The notes: generated by a model not told the origin, from the sequence alone. 64,000 bases of DNA from Kondoa subrosea (GCA_039545335.1 BCIN01000009.1:124001-188000), one strand, 5' to 3'; counted from the stretch's first letter, positions 37,392 through 51,682 are shown. Numbers and translations: made by a program.

Positions 37392-38933
37392 TTATAGATT
37401 CCCGTGTTCAGATATGCGTACCCTCGTCAGAGCCTGGAACCGTTGATCTGTCGACCGCACTATCCGCTCAGGACCTCCCATGACCATTCCCACTAGTCCA
37501 ACATTACTCGAAGCAGTCAATATGAAGGCGTCCGCATGTAAAGCGAGGACCATCAGATCGCGCATCATCACGCGAGTATCTTCTACTCGTTCCTCTACTG
37601 GCCATGTTAGGAAATCAGCTTGAACATGACTTCGATAACCATGATTCGGTGCTGGTAAAGTCTTGATTTCGAAATGAGAGCTGAGCTCGTTGTTTCTGAA
37701 GAGATCTAAAGCGTCTGGCTCAACTGTCATGAGCGCTATTGTAGGTCTGCAATCCGGACAGCTTGGCGCTGGTAATTGCTGAATCGTTTCCAGCGCAGTT
37801 TGAAGGTAGATCGTTGAATTGCCGCTGCGCAAAGCGTATCAGATACATCATGCGGACACATCACGTCTGTTTGACTTACCAGTTATCTTCCTTCGTACAT
37901 TCGTGCGCGAACTTGTCTCCTCCTCGATAATGTACGCTGCCAACTAGATTAGCATCGTCATTAGCTAGAAGCATCCAGCGCATACCCTATCACATGCCCT
38001 CTTGGGTCATCTGAATTCAGGCCAAAGTAGTCTGACTCGCTCTGCACCATTTCATGCATGCCAGCTTTTGGTCGCCAAATGTGTTGGAATGTTTCGTGCA
38101 GGGCAAGAAAAGCTGCTTGCTGTCCTAGAGGTACATTCTGATCCCAAGGCAACGGCTGATCCAGATTGAGAGGCGGTAAGTCGATCAGAGCTGGAATATC
38201 AATGTAATTCTCGATTATCCACATATCGATTGGTCCGTATCTTGAGTATAATATCAGCTGGAGTTGCAACTCAGACGTTGAGTACTTACTGGCCTCGGCC
38301 CATACCTATATGGGGATTCTTGCTGGCATCGGTCCAATCTTGAGCACCAACATTCACTCTACGAATTTGGGTTTCTGGTAAAGGTATACAAGAAGGAACG
38401 GGAGGATCGAAGTAGTCGCTGTATTTGCCATAGACCCATTGCGGATGGGAGTCAACAAGAAGTTCGTCTGTACGAATGCTCAGAATCAGTCGTCAGCATA
38501 AGCTGCCACACTAACAGCCATTCTGTTTCGCATATAGCGCTGCCCTTGTGTATATACCAAACTCTGAATTGAATCCTCGATGTCCAGCTGAAACAATTAT
38601 GAGTATTTGGATGCTCTGCACTTGAACGCGAAACTGACAGAAAAGGTATTGAAATGTCTTTTCGCAAGGTGGCAGAAGATCATGTGCTTTGGTGTTCAGC
38701 TGAGAAGACCACCATGCAGCTGAGGAGGATTTCGCTACTTCTGTAATGTAGTCTGTTCCTCCTTGATGCACGAATACAGCGAAACCGATTATCGGTATCA
38801 GGCAGAGAAGAGCAGCGAAAATGATTCTGCGCGTTCTGGTGATCTTCCGCTGCGCTTGATCGTTTGCTTCCAGTAATAAAGCTCGCAGCTCTTCGGAATC
38901 ATCAGATGCCCTGGTACTTGTCGACTTCTCCAT
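37392..38933 (-). CDS. Type II membrane glycosyltransferase-like protein (GT23/fucosyltransferase-like)
   Basis: N-terminal TM helix RRIIFAALLCLIPIIGFAVFV, GHRGFNSEF, HYRGGDK (cf. FUT8-type H-x-R-x-x-D-K) and ADAFILTASSNVG. Confidence 0.6.
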
Positions 38934-39659
38934 TGATATCAACGATGGCAAGGTATATGAACAACAAACCGTACAAGAAAGAGAAAGCCAAGTTTGACAG
39001 GGTCTGCATCTTGGCTTTGAAAACGTTACAGTCGTTGGAGCAAAGTTCGCGAGCAATAAGACGTGATCAACAGACGCGTCCATCTATCTCATCAACCACG
39101 ACTCATGGCCATGGCTACTGCAGTAGTAGTGTCCTTATACGCCAGAGATGAGTTTATTTTCATGGAGGGAGTCGAAGACGCGTAATTTCGAAAGATAAAC
39201 AAATTTCTAGCAGGCGTATCTACCTCATTGCAGGGGTGTACTCGGAGGCATCAGAAGAGACATAAGATCCAAGACAGACGAAGGCGTACCAGCTTTTGAG
39301 ACGTTGCTCTCCCGCAAGCTCAACTTTGAATATATGCTTTACGCTAAGAATTTCCCGCTGAGCCCCGAATCTTCCTCTGCCCTGACAAATTATGGCATGA
39401 AGCTTGGGCCATAGCTAGCAAGATTAGTGTATCTTGACTTTCTCAGCGATTGGCGGGAACTCTGACGAACAAAAGATTTGGAGTGTTAGATCTTGACACA
39501 ACCTGCCATTTCGCAAACAGAACAACAACAGGATCCTTCTTTTCTTGTCCTTCCATACCTTCTCAACAACAAAGAAGATCACGAAACCAGTTTTCTTGTG
39601 TTATAAGAAGCCAACTCACTGCAACTTTGCATTACTCTTCAAACCTTTTCTAGACGCCA

Positions 39660-39929
39660 ATGGATTCTTCTTCCCGCACTCAACGTCTCCAAGCTCTTAT
39701 AGCATCACTCTTTGTAAAATCGGAAGGGGAAAGGCAAGAACCAGGTCAATCCATGCGGAGATGTACATCAGATTCCTCTTTCACCTCGGTGCAATCAACA
39801 GAAGAGGTCCTGCCTGTATACTCTGTGCATGGACCAGCTCTCCAGCAATCATATGAAAAGAGGCAAGGAGAGAAATTGCTTCAAATGGATAGAAGGTTAA
39901 ATGAAGGTTTGAAGGGATTAGGTTGGTGA
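39660..39929 (+). CDS. Possible small hypothetical protein (89 aa)
   Basis: Single ATG-initiated ORF with an LPVY (PY-like) motif and a helical C-terminus; no recognisable family. Confidence 0.35.
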   Translation: MDSSSRTQRLQALIASLFVKSEGERQEPGQSMRRCTSDSSFTSVQSTEEVLPVYSVHGPALQQSYEKRQGEKLLQMDRRLNEGLKGLGW

Positions 39930-40298
39930 GACCATCGATCGATGTCAACAGTCAGTGCTTTCCATAGCAGACTTGTGCGTACGCTGATATGCCTACAGAT
40001 GGAAATACTGACAAGCAGGACCGAAGAGAAAGCGAAAATCAATCGTGAAGCATGGGAGAGAATGGAATTTGTAAAAGTTGTATACCTTTGCAAAGAGCTG
40101 GCTGGTCCACTATTGCTGTTCCATCTCTATACAACCTGGATTCAGCTCAGGAGCATCGATCTTGGAAGGTTCCCCTTTGATAGTGTTTTGAGGCTATGAT
40201 CGATGGCAAGCAAGTGACATTTCAAATTCTGTTCTTGTCGTTTGACCAACCATCCTCCTGTCCCTCTCTACAACTCTTTCTCTCTTCGCCTTCGCACG

Positions 40299-41108
40299 AT
40301 GGTCAACTTCGCTATTGAACCAGAGATCATTCCGATCGTCTTCTCTCCCAGCAACGATAAGAAGTCCATCAGCCCTCATACTCGGCAGCTCTCCACTTCT
40401 TCTACTTCGAGCAACACGACAGATGGGTCAGGCGCTTCTTTATCTTGGGAAGAGGTAAAGATTTCCAAACCGATTCGGAATGATCAGAAGAACAAGAAGA
40501 AATTGCCAGCCGTTGCTAGTGAGCTCTGCTGTCTTCCTCGTTTGCTAGACCGAAATTGACAGTAACGCTCGCTTGATAGCTCCTTACCGTAAGCTTCTGT
40601 TGTATAGGGCTCAATTGAATTTGACAGCTAACATCGCCTCTTGATAGCCACCAAAGCCGCTTTCACGCCAACTAACTTTAATTTCACTTTCTCTTCGCCT
40701 AATGACGATAACGGTCCATTATCCAAGTTGAAATCTGCCGTCAAAGCTTTCCGATTCGGTAATGGTGCTAATATCGAGAAGACTGAAAGTGCTTCTTCTG
40801 CTACTCCCAAGACCGCTCGTCCGGTCATTAAGATACGTAGATCCACTTATCAAGGCGAAGCCGAACGTCAATTGAATGACCACGAGAAGGAGAAGAGGGT
40901 AGAAGATGCTGATTCAGATGAAGAGATGGAGTCTTCCCCTGTAGTTGTTCCAGTCAAATTCGAGAAAAAGTTTGGCCATAATCGATCTGGTAGTCGGGCT
41001 TCAGCTACGATTCCATGGAACGATATCGCGACTATTGTTCAGCAGCCGAACAATGTGGTGCGAAGTTCTTACTTGATGAGAGGGGACGAGGATGAGAAGA
41101 CAAATTGA
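40299..41108 (+). CDS. Hypothetical Ser/Lys-rich, probably disordered protein; 3 exons including a 9-nt micro-exon
   Basis: ORFs 40242-40559 and 40641-41108 join through GT-AG introns flanking the exon CTCCTTACC (~40580-40588). Confidence 0.55.
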
Positions 41109-41229
41109 GAGGAGGTGTGAGGGAAGGCCAATGCGAGTTGCTCCGCACCGCAAAATAGACAATTGACTATAGCATCGTTCCAGTGTATAGATATAGGCGT
41201 ATCCAGTGATTGTACTTCTTTCACTCTTG

Positions 41230-41868
41230 TTACAGGAAAGAAGGTTTCTGCAGTCGACCAGTGAGGGAGCCAAGACCTCTCGTGAGAGTTGTTGATCCAG
41301 CAGGTTTAGGTGGATTTGCATCGACTTTAGGCTTGCGCATGTAAGAGAAGAAAGCGCCAGCGACGAGACTAAAGCCGCCCCAAAGAGCTCCTTGTAGTAG
41401 AGGGGAAATGACTGGATAGTAGCTCTGTAGTCTGATCCACTCTTGCAGACTAGGTGAACGGACCTTGGTCTCTAATGGTAATCCAGATCACATTTCTCCA
41501 TTGTATATCCAATTGATGAGCAGCAAAGACATCATTTGTAGGCACAGGCTGAACCATAGCGAGAGTATCGACTTGAGCTACTTTGCCTTGAGTTTTCGGT
41601 TCTTCGAAAACCTCTGCGTCTTTGGGTGTGATGAATGGCTTGAGCGAGAGTAAGAATGATTGCTGTAACATTGTTATTCAGTGTGGGTAACAGCGTCGCA
41701 TGCTAGAGCTTTGCTCACCTCGAAACGAAGATCAGGAATTGGCAAGTTTGGTACTCGTCTCTGTGGATGGACAGAGCGATCTGGATCTAAGTCATGTGTA
41801 GCTTGACCGGTCCGTTTGTCTTTGTTCCGAGCGAGCCAAGGCAGATGCGATTCATCAAGCGAAGTCAT
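41230..41868 (-). CDS. DUF1770-like fungal protein
   Basis: LPIPDLRFE|QSFLLSL...VIWITIRDQ|VISPLLQGALWG motif. Confidence 0.7.
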
Positions 41869-41952
41869 TGTTGAATGCTAACAACACAGCGCATTATATA
41901 TATGTATATTAAGGAGTATCTAGTCTATCACATTGTTATGCAGAGATGTCCT

Positions 41953-44123
41953 TTAAACTGGTGTAAGAACTCTTGGGTATGTTTGCGCGATGACGGCGAA
42001 AAGTCGAGGATCTGCCGCAGGTTGTCAGAAACCAATATCTATGACGGAGAACGTGACTCACCCTTCTCTGCCAATGCTTGTGGCTCTTCTGCCAGAGCAA
42101 CAAATAGAGTGCTGCATCCGGCTGATAGAGCACCATTACCAAGTGTATTGGCGATGAACAGTCTAAGGAAACGATGAGACCTGTTCGAGGGAAGTACAAA
42201 TCTGACATACCCGATAGAGAAGGCATATAGCAGAACGATGGCATATGTAGATGATCCTTGAGGCGCGAAGCTAAAGATACAGCTCAATATCGATTCGAAG
42301 ACATGGAGGACAATACTCACGCCGGTTCGACCAATCTGAGGTATAAGAACGCAAAGAGACAGCACAAAGCTCCAACAACAATCGACCCTATTTGAAAGAA
42401 TCAGTGTTTTGATCCAGATTCAACACAATCAGGCATACCAAATGTCCAAACTGTGCTGACGAGCGAATCGTTAACTAAAGCATCAATACCTCTGCTCTTC
42501 AGCAAGTTCCAAGCGCTTCTAGCTGCTTCAATGTATTTCTTGCCAAAGAGAGCGATCTCTATGTACGCATATCTGCTCTCGTTTCTCAATTGCTTTTCCT
42601 TCGCCCAAGGCAGGAAAAAGTACCCACCTATTGAAGTATTCGACCAAACCGGTAATACAGCCAAGGCAGCATTCAGCAACGCAGGTACATCTGTAGACGA
42701 AAAAGAGCGAAGACATCAATAATGCTATGCAATACATGTGCAAGAAAATTGACTAACGCAAATGCAATCATATCTCCATCAGATCTAGCTTCTTGCTTCA
42801 AAATGTTGAGACCAGCTCGCATGAGATCTAGTACCGCGACGATGAGAGAACCAAAGCAGATTGAACCGAAAGAATAAGTGATGGATCGCTTGAAGCTCGA
42901 GAAGGCATGTCCAGATTTAGATGGAGCCAGTGCGAAATACCATTGCCCATAGATTCCAGCTTCGGTGGTCAGCAGAATGTTTGTCAGAACCTGCAGTAAT
43001 GTTAAAGTTATAATAAAGTCAGAGTATGTTGGACAATTTGCAATAATACGTACTTGACTTGTCCAGTAGAAAGAGAACATCAAGAAAATGACTATAGCAA
43101 TGAGCGCCCCTTGACTAGCTCCAGATCCGGTAGTGTTAGCTCCAGCAGCTTGCGGATCCCAGCGTTGATAAGAAGCGGCCTATCAGAAAAGCTGAACATG
43201 AGCAAAGTCTTCCGCTGAATAACTTTCGTAACATACCAAGGTAAAACTCCACCAGACTGAATAGATAGATTGGACGACCGTGAACAGAATAGCAACGACA
43301 TATGTCGAAGGATAGCGCTTTGAGACGTCCATTATTGTTTGCAACAGAGCCTAATTAGGCGAAAACAGCAGTCAGATGCTTGATCCACTTCACAGCATCA
43401 AGACGGATTACCTTGGTAAACGGTATCCTTCGCCTCATGAATGGATATGCAAGTATCGAGATCACCGCAAAGATAGTGAATACGATCGCAGTTGAGTAGG
43501 ACTTGGTATACCTGAGTTCAAAAAGACGGGCGAAATAAATTCAGCTTTACCATTTGGCAGACAAAAACAAGCAAAAGGACCGACCATGCATACGCCGCGA
43601 AACCGACGTTGATTACAACAGAGAGGAAGAGCGTAATTTCAATGATGATCTTCGTGAACGCCCTGACCATGATTAAGTAGAAGATTGATAGAACCAAAGC
43701 AGCAGCCGCAATCAAAGCCAACAAGTACGCAACGCTTCGATCAATAGTCACAGAACTTCCTTCACCGCCCAACCCGCCAGATCTCTCGCTTCCAGTTTCC
43801 GCCAAAGCTCTCAAAGAAATCACACTGAGTGCAATGAAAGCACCGAATTGAGCGTAGAAGAGAATAGCAAAGATCAAGTCGTTCCATTTTGGCTTGACTG
43901 GATCGAACTTGTCTTGTCTGTAAGCTTCCTCCTTGTTTGGCATAGGTGCCATAGGTTGTTGAGCAGCATATGGTGCAGGCGCATTCATAGCATAGCCATT
44001 AGTGCCCTGCTGTTGAGGATAGGGCTGGTTTTGCATTTGGTTGTAACCTTGATTGCCCTGGAATGCAGGAGATGGACCACCTTGATAGCCATTATTAGGC
44101 GGATAGTAAGGCTGTTGAGCCAT
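41953..44123 (-). CDS. PNS1: Choline transporter-like family protein Pns1
   Basis: Gln/Pro/Tyr-rich N-terminus, KPKWNDLIFAILF, SFGSICFGSLIVA and FNRYAYIEIALFGKKYIEAARSAWNLLKSRGIDALVNDSLV. Confidence 0.9.
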
Positions 44124-44479
44124 GCTGCACGGCCAAAAATTGGTAGCAAAGTCGTAGGTCGGGAACAAGAAATAGAATTTGTTGTTGTTTCTGTGAGGAT
44201 CGGCGGTCACGGGATCGCAATTAGCTGATAAAGTTTGCAGAGTCGGGAGCTCAAACTGGAAAGGCTCTTGAGGGCACAGTAGGAGAAAAGAGAGCAAAAT
44301 TGTACTTGGTCTGATGTAAATCAGCCCTTCGGAGACTCGGTAACGGAAAGTACAATACATAGGCGCTAGAACGGCTGACTAAGCGCTGTATGCCTATTAT
44401 AGGACTGTACAGTATTCAGCTCTTCTTAGTTCGTATAGTGAGATGCTGAATATAGAATTGGCATGTGATGATCCAAACT

Positions 44480-47112
44480 TTATGGACTTCTGTCATCTTC
44501 CCGCGTCAACTGCTTCTCAGCTAATCTCTTGAAGAAGTTCATGGCATCCCTCTCGTCTGCTGCCAAACGATGGACCAATTCGTAATCCTTCCAAGCAATA
44601 TCCATCTTGTGTAGCTGTCGTTCTTTGTCTGCTGTGCCGGATCTTGGGTCAATACGGGTATCCAACTTGCGCTTGAGATCTTGTAAGAGTCCTCCAGCGA
44701 CCATAGTACATCCATATCGTAGTTTAGCAATCTGTCCTCCCCTGTCAGACCGACGGAATTGAACGAAAAATGTGAATGCACGCACATTCGTGTAATCCTC
44801 CAGCAGATCTAGGTGAATACCCGAAGCACCGCCTTTGAATGTTTCCACATCACTGAGGACTAGAGCCTGGTTGTAAAGATACCCGAGCGCGGCTAAAGAA
44901 GCAGAAAGACTTGCCGACGATGAAGAAGAATTTTCACTTTTGAGAGGTAGAAGGAAAGGCAACGACTTGATGGATGGAAATGATTTCCAGTCAGGTCGAA
45001 AAGAAAGCCATGGTTTATTACGAAGATTGAGCGTAGCTTGAGAAAGTTTCAGTTGGCGAGGTAGACGGAATGTATCGACCCAATCGAGCATGGCGAAGTA
45101 GATTCTGTACTTCGTATCAGTCCCTTTGAACGAACACAGATGAGAGAAAATACATACTTACTTCGGATCCCATGATGGTGCAGTAGGAGTGCACGAAATC
45201 AGCTTGGAGGCTTCTTCAAAATATTGTCTTGCAGCTGCTGGGTCTGTGCACAGCTTGCGTGCCAACTTGACTCGAGCTACATCGAATCCAGCTCGAGCGA
45301 CTAAAGCTTCTCCTCCTGTTCCGGTCTTCAGAGTAATTCCGCATCGACTATTGATTCGCGCAATCAGCTGCGGTAGCATCCCAGGCTGATTATAGCCAAA
45401 GACATTCCGTCGTAATCTGATGACGCTCGTAAAGTCGGTCAAATACTGCAAAAGTTCAGGTGTTGCGGTCTTCTTGAATCGCTCCAGGCTGTCATCTGCT
45501 AAAGTGTTGTCGTCTGCAGGCCAGGTCAACATGACTGACACACAGTCTCAGAGATGAGACTGACCATAAAGGAAGCGCAGGCACTCTACTTCTGCATGAC
45601 CAGCTTGACTGACGCTATGAATACTATAGCCCGACAAGTTTGGCAGATTTTTACGTCGCGGCATGTAAACTAATCTTTCCCGAGAAGGCATCGTGTAGGT
45701 CCAATGGGGAAGATTGGGCCAGGTACCATCGAGCTTGAAAGATTGGACAAATTGGATGATCGCTAGCATATATCTAGGCCATATGTCAGAAATCACTGAC
45801 ATAATTTCGTCGATATTACTAACCGCCAATCGTATTCCAATGGTACTAGTTTCGAAGAAGATACAATACTGCTATCGCTTGACGAGCTACGCGAGTCATG
45901 TTTAGGTGGTCTCCTGCTTCGCTCGTGACTTCGCTTGTTTGGCGCTTCAGGAGAAGCATCGCGCTGACGTTTGAGTGGTTTAGAGGAAGCAGAGGCTTCT
46001 GAGATGGGCTCTTTTGAAGTGAATGATTCAGCTGTGATCCGTCGTATTGGAGGATAAGGTGCTTTCCGCGGTATGTCTCTCTGATAAGGATCTCTGTGCA
46101 AGATAATCAGCAGCTGTACCGAGACTGTGAATGAAGCATACGCGACAGTCGTGCAATAATTGTGGAGGTGATCAGTCATCTATACGCCAAAAAGAAAATT
46201 AGATTAGTCTTCAGTCTGGGCGAGATATCTCACATAGCGATCCTTCCCTTCTGGACTGGTCAGGCTGACTACCTCGTCCGAATCGATCAAGTCGACTCGG
46301 AACGCAGCATCATACCATCTATCGAAAATCAATCAAAGCTCGAGTCACATTATTAAAATGCATGCTCACTTGATGTCTACCAGCTCGGTAATGATACGAT
46401 AAACTTGCACGAATGCACTCTTCAAGCCAAGAACCGTATCGTCTTGCAATACAACAGCGCTGGGTTCACCGCTTTGTTGGCCGCCAGACATTTCGATGAA
46501 CGCAGCATGAATAGGTTCTTTCTTGACCAGATACTTGAGCTGCTCAAACTGTGCATCATCAAAAGGATTTGAGAGATACAGCAGAGCAAGTAATTCTCTC
46601 CACAACGTACGAGCTGTTCCTTGAAACTCGCTATTTGACTTTCCCCGACGGATCGGTCTTTCGACCAGATAGGACGAGGAAAAGTAACAGGATAGTTACA
46701 GTACCCATTAGACTCTTCATCACCATCTTCCGTCAGCGGTTTTTGAGTCGAAGGATGAGGTGTTCTATCAAGAACAGGTGAAGAGGAGGAAGAAGAAGAA
46801 GACCGAGATTCGCGTTTCGCTACAATTTCTGGACTAGAGGAACGACTAGAGGAAGTGTCGGACAGCATTTCGATCACTTCGTTTTGAGGTTTTGTAGGCG
46901 AGACACGAGTTGGCTCTGGCAATGCCGCAGGAGTCGGATCATAGCGAGCAACCAGTTCAGCAACTACAGTCACCCATTAGCTTGGATGCATTTGCACTCC
47001 TTGTAAACAGTGTCCGCCTACCGAGTTGGTCTACATAAGCATTTGTTTTCGCCTTGCTCGCGAGCACATTTGCTGCAGAACAGTCAATTGGATAGCTTAT
47101 GTCGAGACTCAT
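44480..47112 (-). CDS. Large hypothetical protein; multi-exon (could be two genes)
   Basis: Consecutive long minus-strand ORFs separated by GT-AG introns, with Ser-rich tracts; no family recognised. Confidence 0.5.
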
Positions 47113-47289
47113 GCTTGATCAGATGCAGGGGAATCGTGTAATCCAGGGTATCAACGCTAAAGGTATTGGTTTGGGAGCAACTTCCGATATTACATAATCT
47201 AGCAAGAAAGAAGAGGAATTGCCGCGCGCATGCGAGGCTCTATAAATGCAAGTATTTGACAGTCGACAAAGTACATCAAGCACCTCAGC

Positions 47290-50200
47290 TCATCTCATTT
47301 GCGTTCTATCGACTCCCATCAATTGAAGCAGGATTTGATGCGGCCCCTAGAAATTATTGGATGAGCACTACTGTCTCCCCAATGAAGTCCCAACAACTTA
47401 CTTTCATGATACCCCAGCACAAAGGCTTGATCAGATACGCAGTATAGGCAATTACAGGTGCAATGGCACTTTTGTCAGGCATTTGCCCAATATTTCGCGG
47501 TCTGCCAGCAGACTGAAGTGCCATCTGAGCGATATCCTGTCGCATGAAAATAATGAACGTACCAGCATGCGTTCGATGTAGTCAACAGCTTCTTGTTTGG
47601 CTCTGGCGGCATCGATCTGGTATTCCGATGTATTGGCCACAGTAAAGGATCTAGCATCGCCAGCCAGATCCCGTTTGCCTTCCGTCAGAAATCCGTATGC
47701 CCACAACTGAATGTCAAAGACATCAGTACTTCAGACCGCAGCAGGAGTTTTCAAAAAGCTCACGACTAAGACTGTGACATAGCATATCCAAGGGGTTGTT
47801 GGAGCTCGCTTCAGTCGTTCATCGTCTGCCCAGGAGAATACATGATGGAGCAATTCTGTTACTACAAGTCAGAACCAGCACCGCGATTTCCATAAACCAC
47901 ACACCTAGAGCATTCCAAATAGCAACCTCACTGTCGGCTGTCTGAGCCCATTGAGAGAGTACTCGATGCGCAACGATTCGTTCTCCTTGATGAATGGCTC
48001 TGCCGCTGACTCGTTGTGCACCAGCTAGAGCTCGAACTTGTTCCGTATCGGTAAGAAGTAAGATGGTGCCAAAGAAAGCATAAGGTTCGTAAGCCCAGAA
48101 GTAGCTCATGTCTCTTGCTCGAAGTGAAGCTTGCTGATTGAAATCTCGCCTACAAGGTAAGCTTAGCAATAGGTCAGCCAAAACTTCCAGAAAGTACTTA
48201 CCAGACATTGAAAGCCAGCGCTAGACTATCTTTCCAGCCATAGATACGATTGTCAGAGGCCACTAAGAGATTTCGTGAGATCAATGATCTCGATTGACAT
48301 TGAAACTCACTCGATAAGTCTCCTAGATCCCGGAACTTGAGTGTCCAGCTGACTGAGATCAAACCGTTGAGCAATATCAAAGCTCTGAAGTCAGACGTCT
48401 CTTGTTTGAGCGGTTTGCCTTCAGCTAATTCAGTCAAAGCAGACTTGAACGAAATCTTGGTCGTCTCGTTGCCATCATGTGCCAAAGCCCAAGTTTCTGG
48501 TGTAGCTGCTCTCCAAGTCGCTTTGACGCATGGCAGATCAATCTTCATGTCATATCTGCACGGGCATTGTCAATAAAGACTAAGGTCTAAAAGCAAAACC
48601 TACACTTGGATAATAAGACCATGCCGAAACAAGGCAGAGTTCTCAGTATCAACCATGAAGTACATCCAACCTAGACGTCTCCGTTCTTCATACTGCGCCC
48701 ATTGCATCCAGCCTGTGCGATCGCGCGAAAAGGTTTCCTGGTGTATTGGGTCTTTGTTAAGCAGACCAGCATATCGTGCCCTGCAATTAGGTGTCAGTAG
48801 TAGTCCTATCTTCGCCTAGTATGCGTGACGTACATGATTGCGGCAGGACTATGGAAGATTTGGGCAACATCGTGCGACATCGGCGAAGCGAAATGTCGAC
48901 CTAGAGTTATGCCTTAGAACTGTAATAGAAGACTGGAACCATAACCTTACCAAAGTAATTGATCAGGAGCAAAGCTTGTAGAAGGTATAAGTCTGCTCGA
49001 GGATTCTTCTCTGTGATCTCAAACATCATTGTGCGCATATTTCGATGAAGGCTGTATCAGAATATGAGTAACAATGAAACAGCTCGACAGGTTTTTACTC
49101 ACGGTAACACTATTTGATAACCTTCATTCTCTTCAGAGAAGGTGGTTCCGACAAAGACTAGTGATAAGAGTAGCAACGGATGAGGACCTCCTGGACGCGA
49201 TAAAAGTGTCGGACGATGTAAGAAAGGATAAATAGGATCCATATGCTTGAAATATAGCTCGACGTAATGATTCAGATCATCAACCGAAAGACTGTCAAAT
49301 TTGTGGTTCGGTACGGACGCAAATATCTGAATCATGGCTTGACGCTTCAAGGGATCGATGATGGACTGAGGAGGCGGAGGAGACTGAATAGGTGACGTAA
49401 GAAATGGCGGAGAAACAGTACTCGACGAAGCCATAGCGTCAGATTGCATGTAATCTGTAGCAAAAGATTGGTTTGGGTAAGATGCCAAAGGTTGATCAGA
49501 ATTAGGATAGCTTGCATTGGCAAAGGTGATAGGTTGGTACTGATGCGAATAATTGTTGTTCGGTTGACCTTTGTTTGCGTCCTCAGCTATATGAGCCAGA
49601 GCCATCAAGGATCCAGAGGACATTGGTCTCTCGTAAGTGTTGCTAGGGTCGACAAAGGTGTCAGTTGGTTTTTCTAGTTCTGGTGGAACGGATTTGAAGA
49701 TCCAAGAAAAGAGGTCATTGATGTTGCAATCGTCCATTGCTTCCGTTCCGTAGCCATTTGTGGCCTCTGAGTGTACGGGGGAAGTCATAGACATCATATC
49801 TGAAGGGGGCATTGGCAATTCATATGACGAGTAAAAGGGCTGCTGTTGCTGCATGGAGGGTTGCTGCATAGTTTGCTGTTGCTGCTGACGTTGCTGTTGC
49901 TGTAGCATTGGCGAAGGTAATGAGTGCTGTTGGCCGGCCTGTTGCTGCATAGGCATTTGCTGCATGGAGTACTGATTCAACGGAGGCAAAAATTGGGACG
50001 ATAATGGAGAAAGCCCGATACCGGGATGCGCTAAGCGTGAGCCAGATGGTTGAGGAGGCATAGGCGGAAGAAGAGAATAATTTTGCAGCTGATGGGCTGA
50101 AGTCGAAGCATAGCTTTGTATTGGCTCTGATGGTACGGGAGCTTCTGGCGACGCTACTGGTGCAGGCGACTTGGCTTTGCGCTTGCGCTTCTTTACCGAG

Positions 50201-50618
50201 GTATCTGCTGGTGAACCCGCTTGCTCTTCAGCTGCCTCCCTCTCTTCTGCGGGTTTATGCCGAAAGATGTGTTCTGTGAATAGGGGGTTAAATAATCATA
50301 CGAGCCGACAGAATGGGCATACTTTGGCAGACATCAGCCCGAGCGAAGGTCCGGTGGCATATATGACATTCGTGAGGATGCTTCTCAGCATGGTTTAACT
50401 GATGTCTTGTCAAGTACTGTAGATTCGAGTGAGCTACTGTACTAAAAAGATTGATAGACATGCTCACGTCGTGTCTCTTGAAGCGCTTGGTACAACCTGT
50501 ACAATTACTTAACTCACAAAGTCCGACGAAAAGGCTGATCAGGCTAACCAGGAAAATCGCACGCAAAGATCTTGGCGCTGCTGTCCGAGGTGCTTGCTGC
50601 AGCTGGACTGTTGGACAT
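47290..50618 (-). CDS. C2H2 zinc-finger transcription factor with fungal-specific TF domain and poly-Gln region
   Basis: FACDFP|GCTKRFKRHD|YLTRHQLNH and HECHICHRTFARAD; YFKHMDPIYPFLHRPT, WAQYEERRRLG and LPCVKATWRA. Confidence 0.88.
49841..49963 (-). repeat. CAG/CAA-rich tract encoding poly-glutamine
   Basis: tgctgttgctgc repeats on the + strand; encodes QQQQRQQQQQTMQQPSMQQQQ. Confidence 0.8.
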
Positions 50619-51682
50619 CAACCTTCGTTTGATCCTTTACGCAGAACACCTTGAAAATTAAAGTTTCGACAATTTATCAAGCTCTGGCGGCTTTCGAGCG
50701 GAAGGTGGTATTCCGCTGGTGATGAGCAAGCTGCGACAGAAAAGATCGTTCAAAGCGTTCTGCAAGGCAGCGAGGGGGTATTGGTAGCAGGACAAGATAA
50801 GGTTGGTTGTAACAGTGATCGACATAAGGGGCTGTGCTTTCGTAGCTGTCCATTTTCATTGAAAAGGGAGTGCAATCACATACGAAGCTAGCTATCAAAG
50901 CGCTGCTACAGATCTGCCAACAGCCCACCAACCCACTCAACCTTAGCATGTTCAGACTTATCCGGTATTACTAAGCTCTTCCTTGCCGTCGCATCTTCCT
51001 GTACCATACCTCATTATACCTGTTGCTCGACCGCTGGTCGTCAGGACGATTCAAAGCCAGGCAATAGCGTTGAGAGATCTACAGAAATCATACCGGGTCT
51101 CGTTCAGTATTGTGCCATTATGCGAGTGCAACAGCGGAGCAAGCGATCAATCATAGATGGCCTGCATCAGCCGGCAAGACCGTCATTTTGCTTCCACCAG
51201 CATTGGCTTCAGACAGCCAAGCAACAGCAAAATCAAGAACAGGCAGGATCACGGTCGAAGTTCATCGGCAGTCAGAGATTTCGGTGGTGAGACATACTGA
51301 AGACTTTTCAGTCCTTCGAGAGGTCGCATGCCAGTCGACATCGTAGAGTAGAGGGAAATAGTACTGGGTGCAGATGAATAGCCCTTGTCTAAGAGATAAA
51401 ACAGAGAAAGCGGTCCACGAGATAGTAGCAACATGACAGCAGGGTAGCAGTAGTCCTTTGGAGTATTGACCATCCCAAAGGTTCACTGATTACGCCGGAA
51501 CTCAAACAGATTTGGATCGCATTGCTCTGGCCAATCCTGCTCTTATTGGCTGTCCCTCCGCTTGATATAGCATAGAATATGAACCAGGTATCTCTGCATG
51601 TGGTACCATAAGCTCAGATGAATATTCTGTCGACGGGGTGCTTGTTGCAGGACAAGAAAATTATGCAGTTTGCTCTCGCAAC

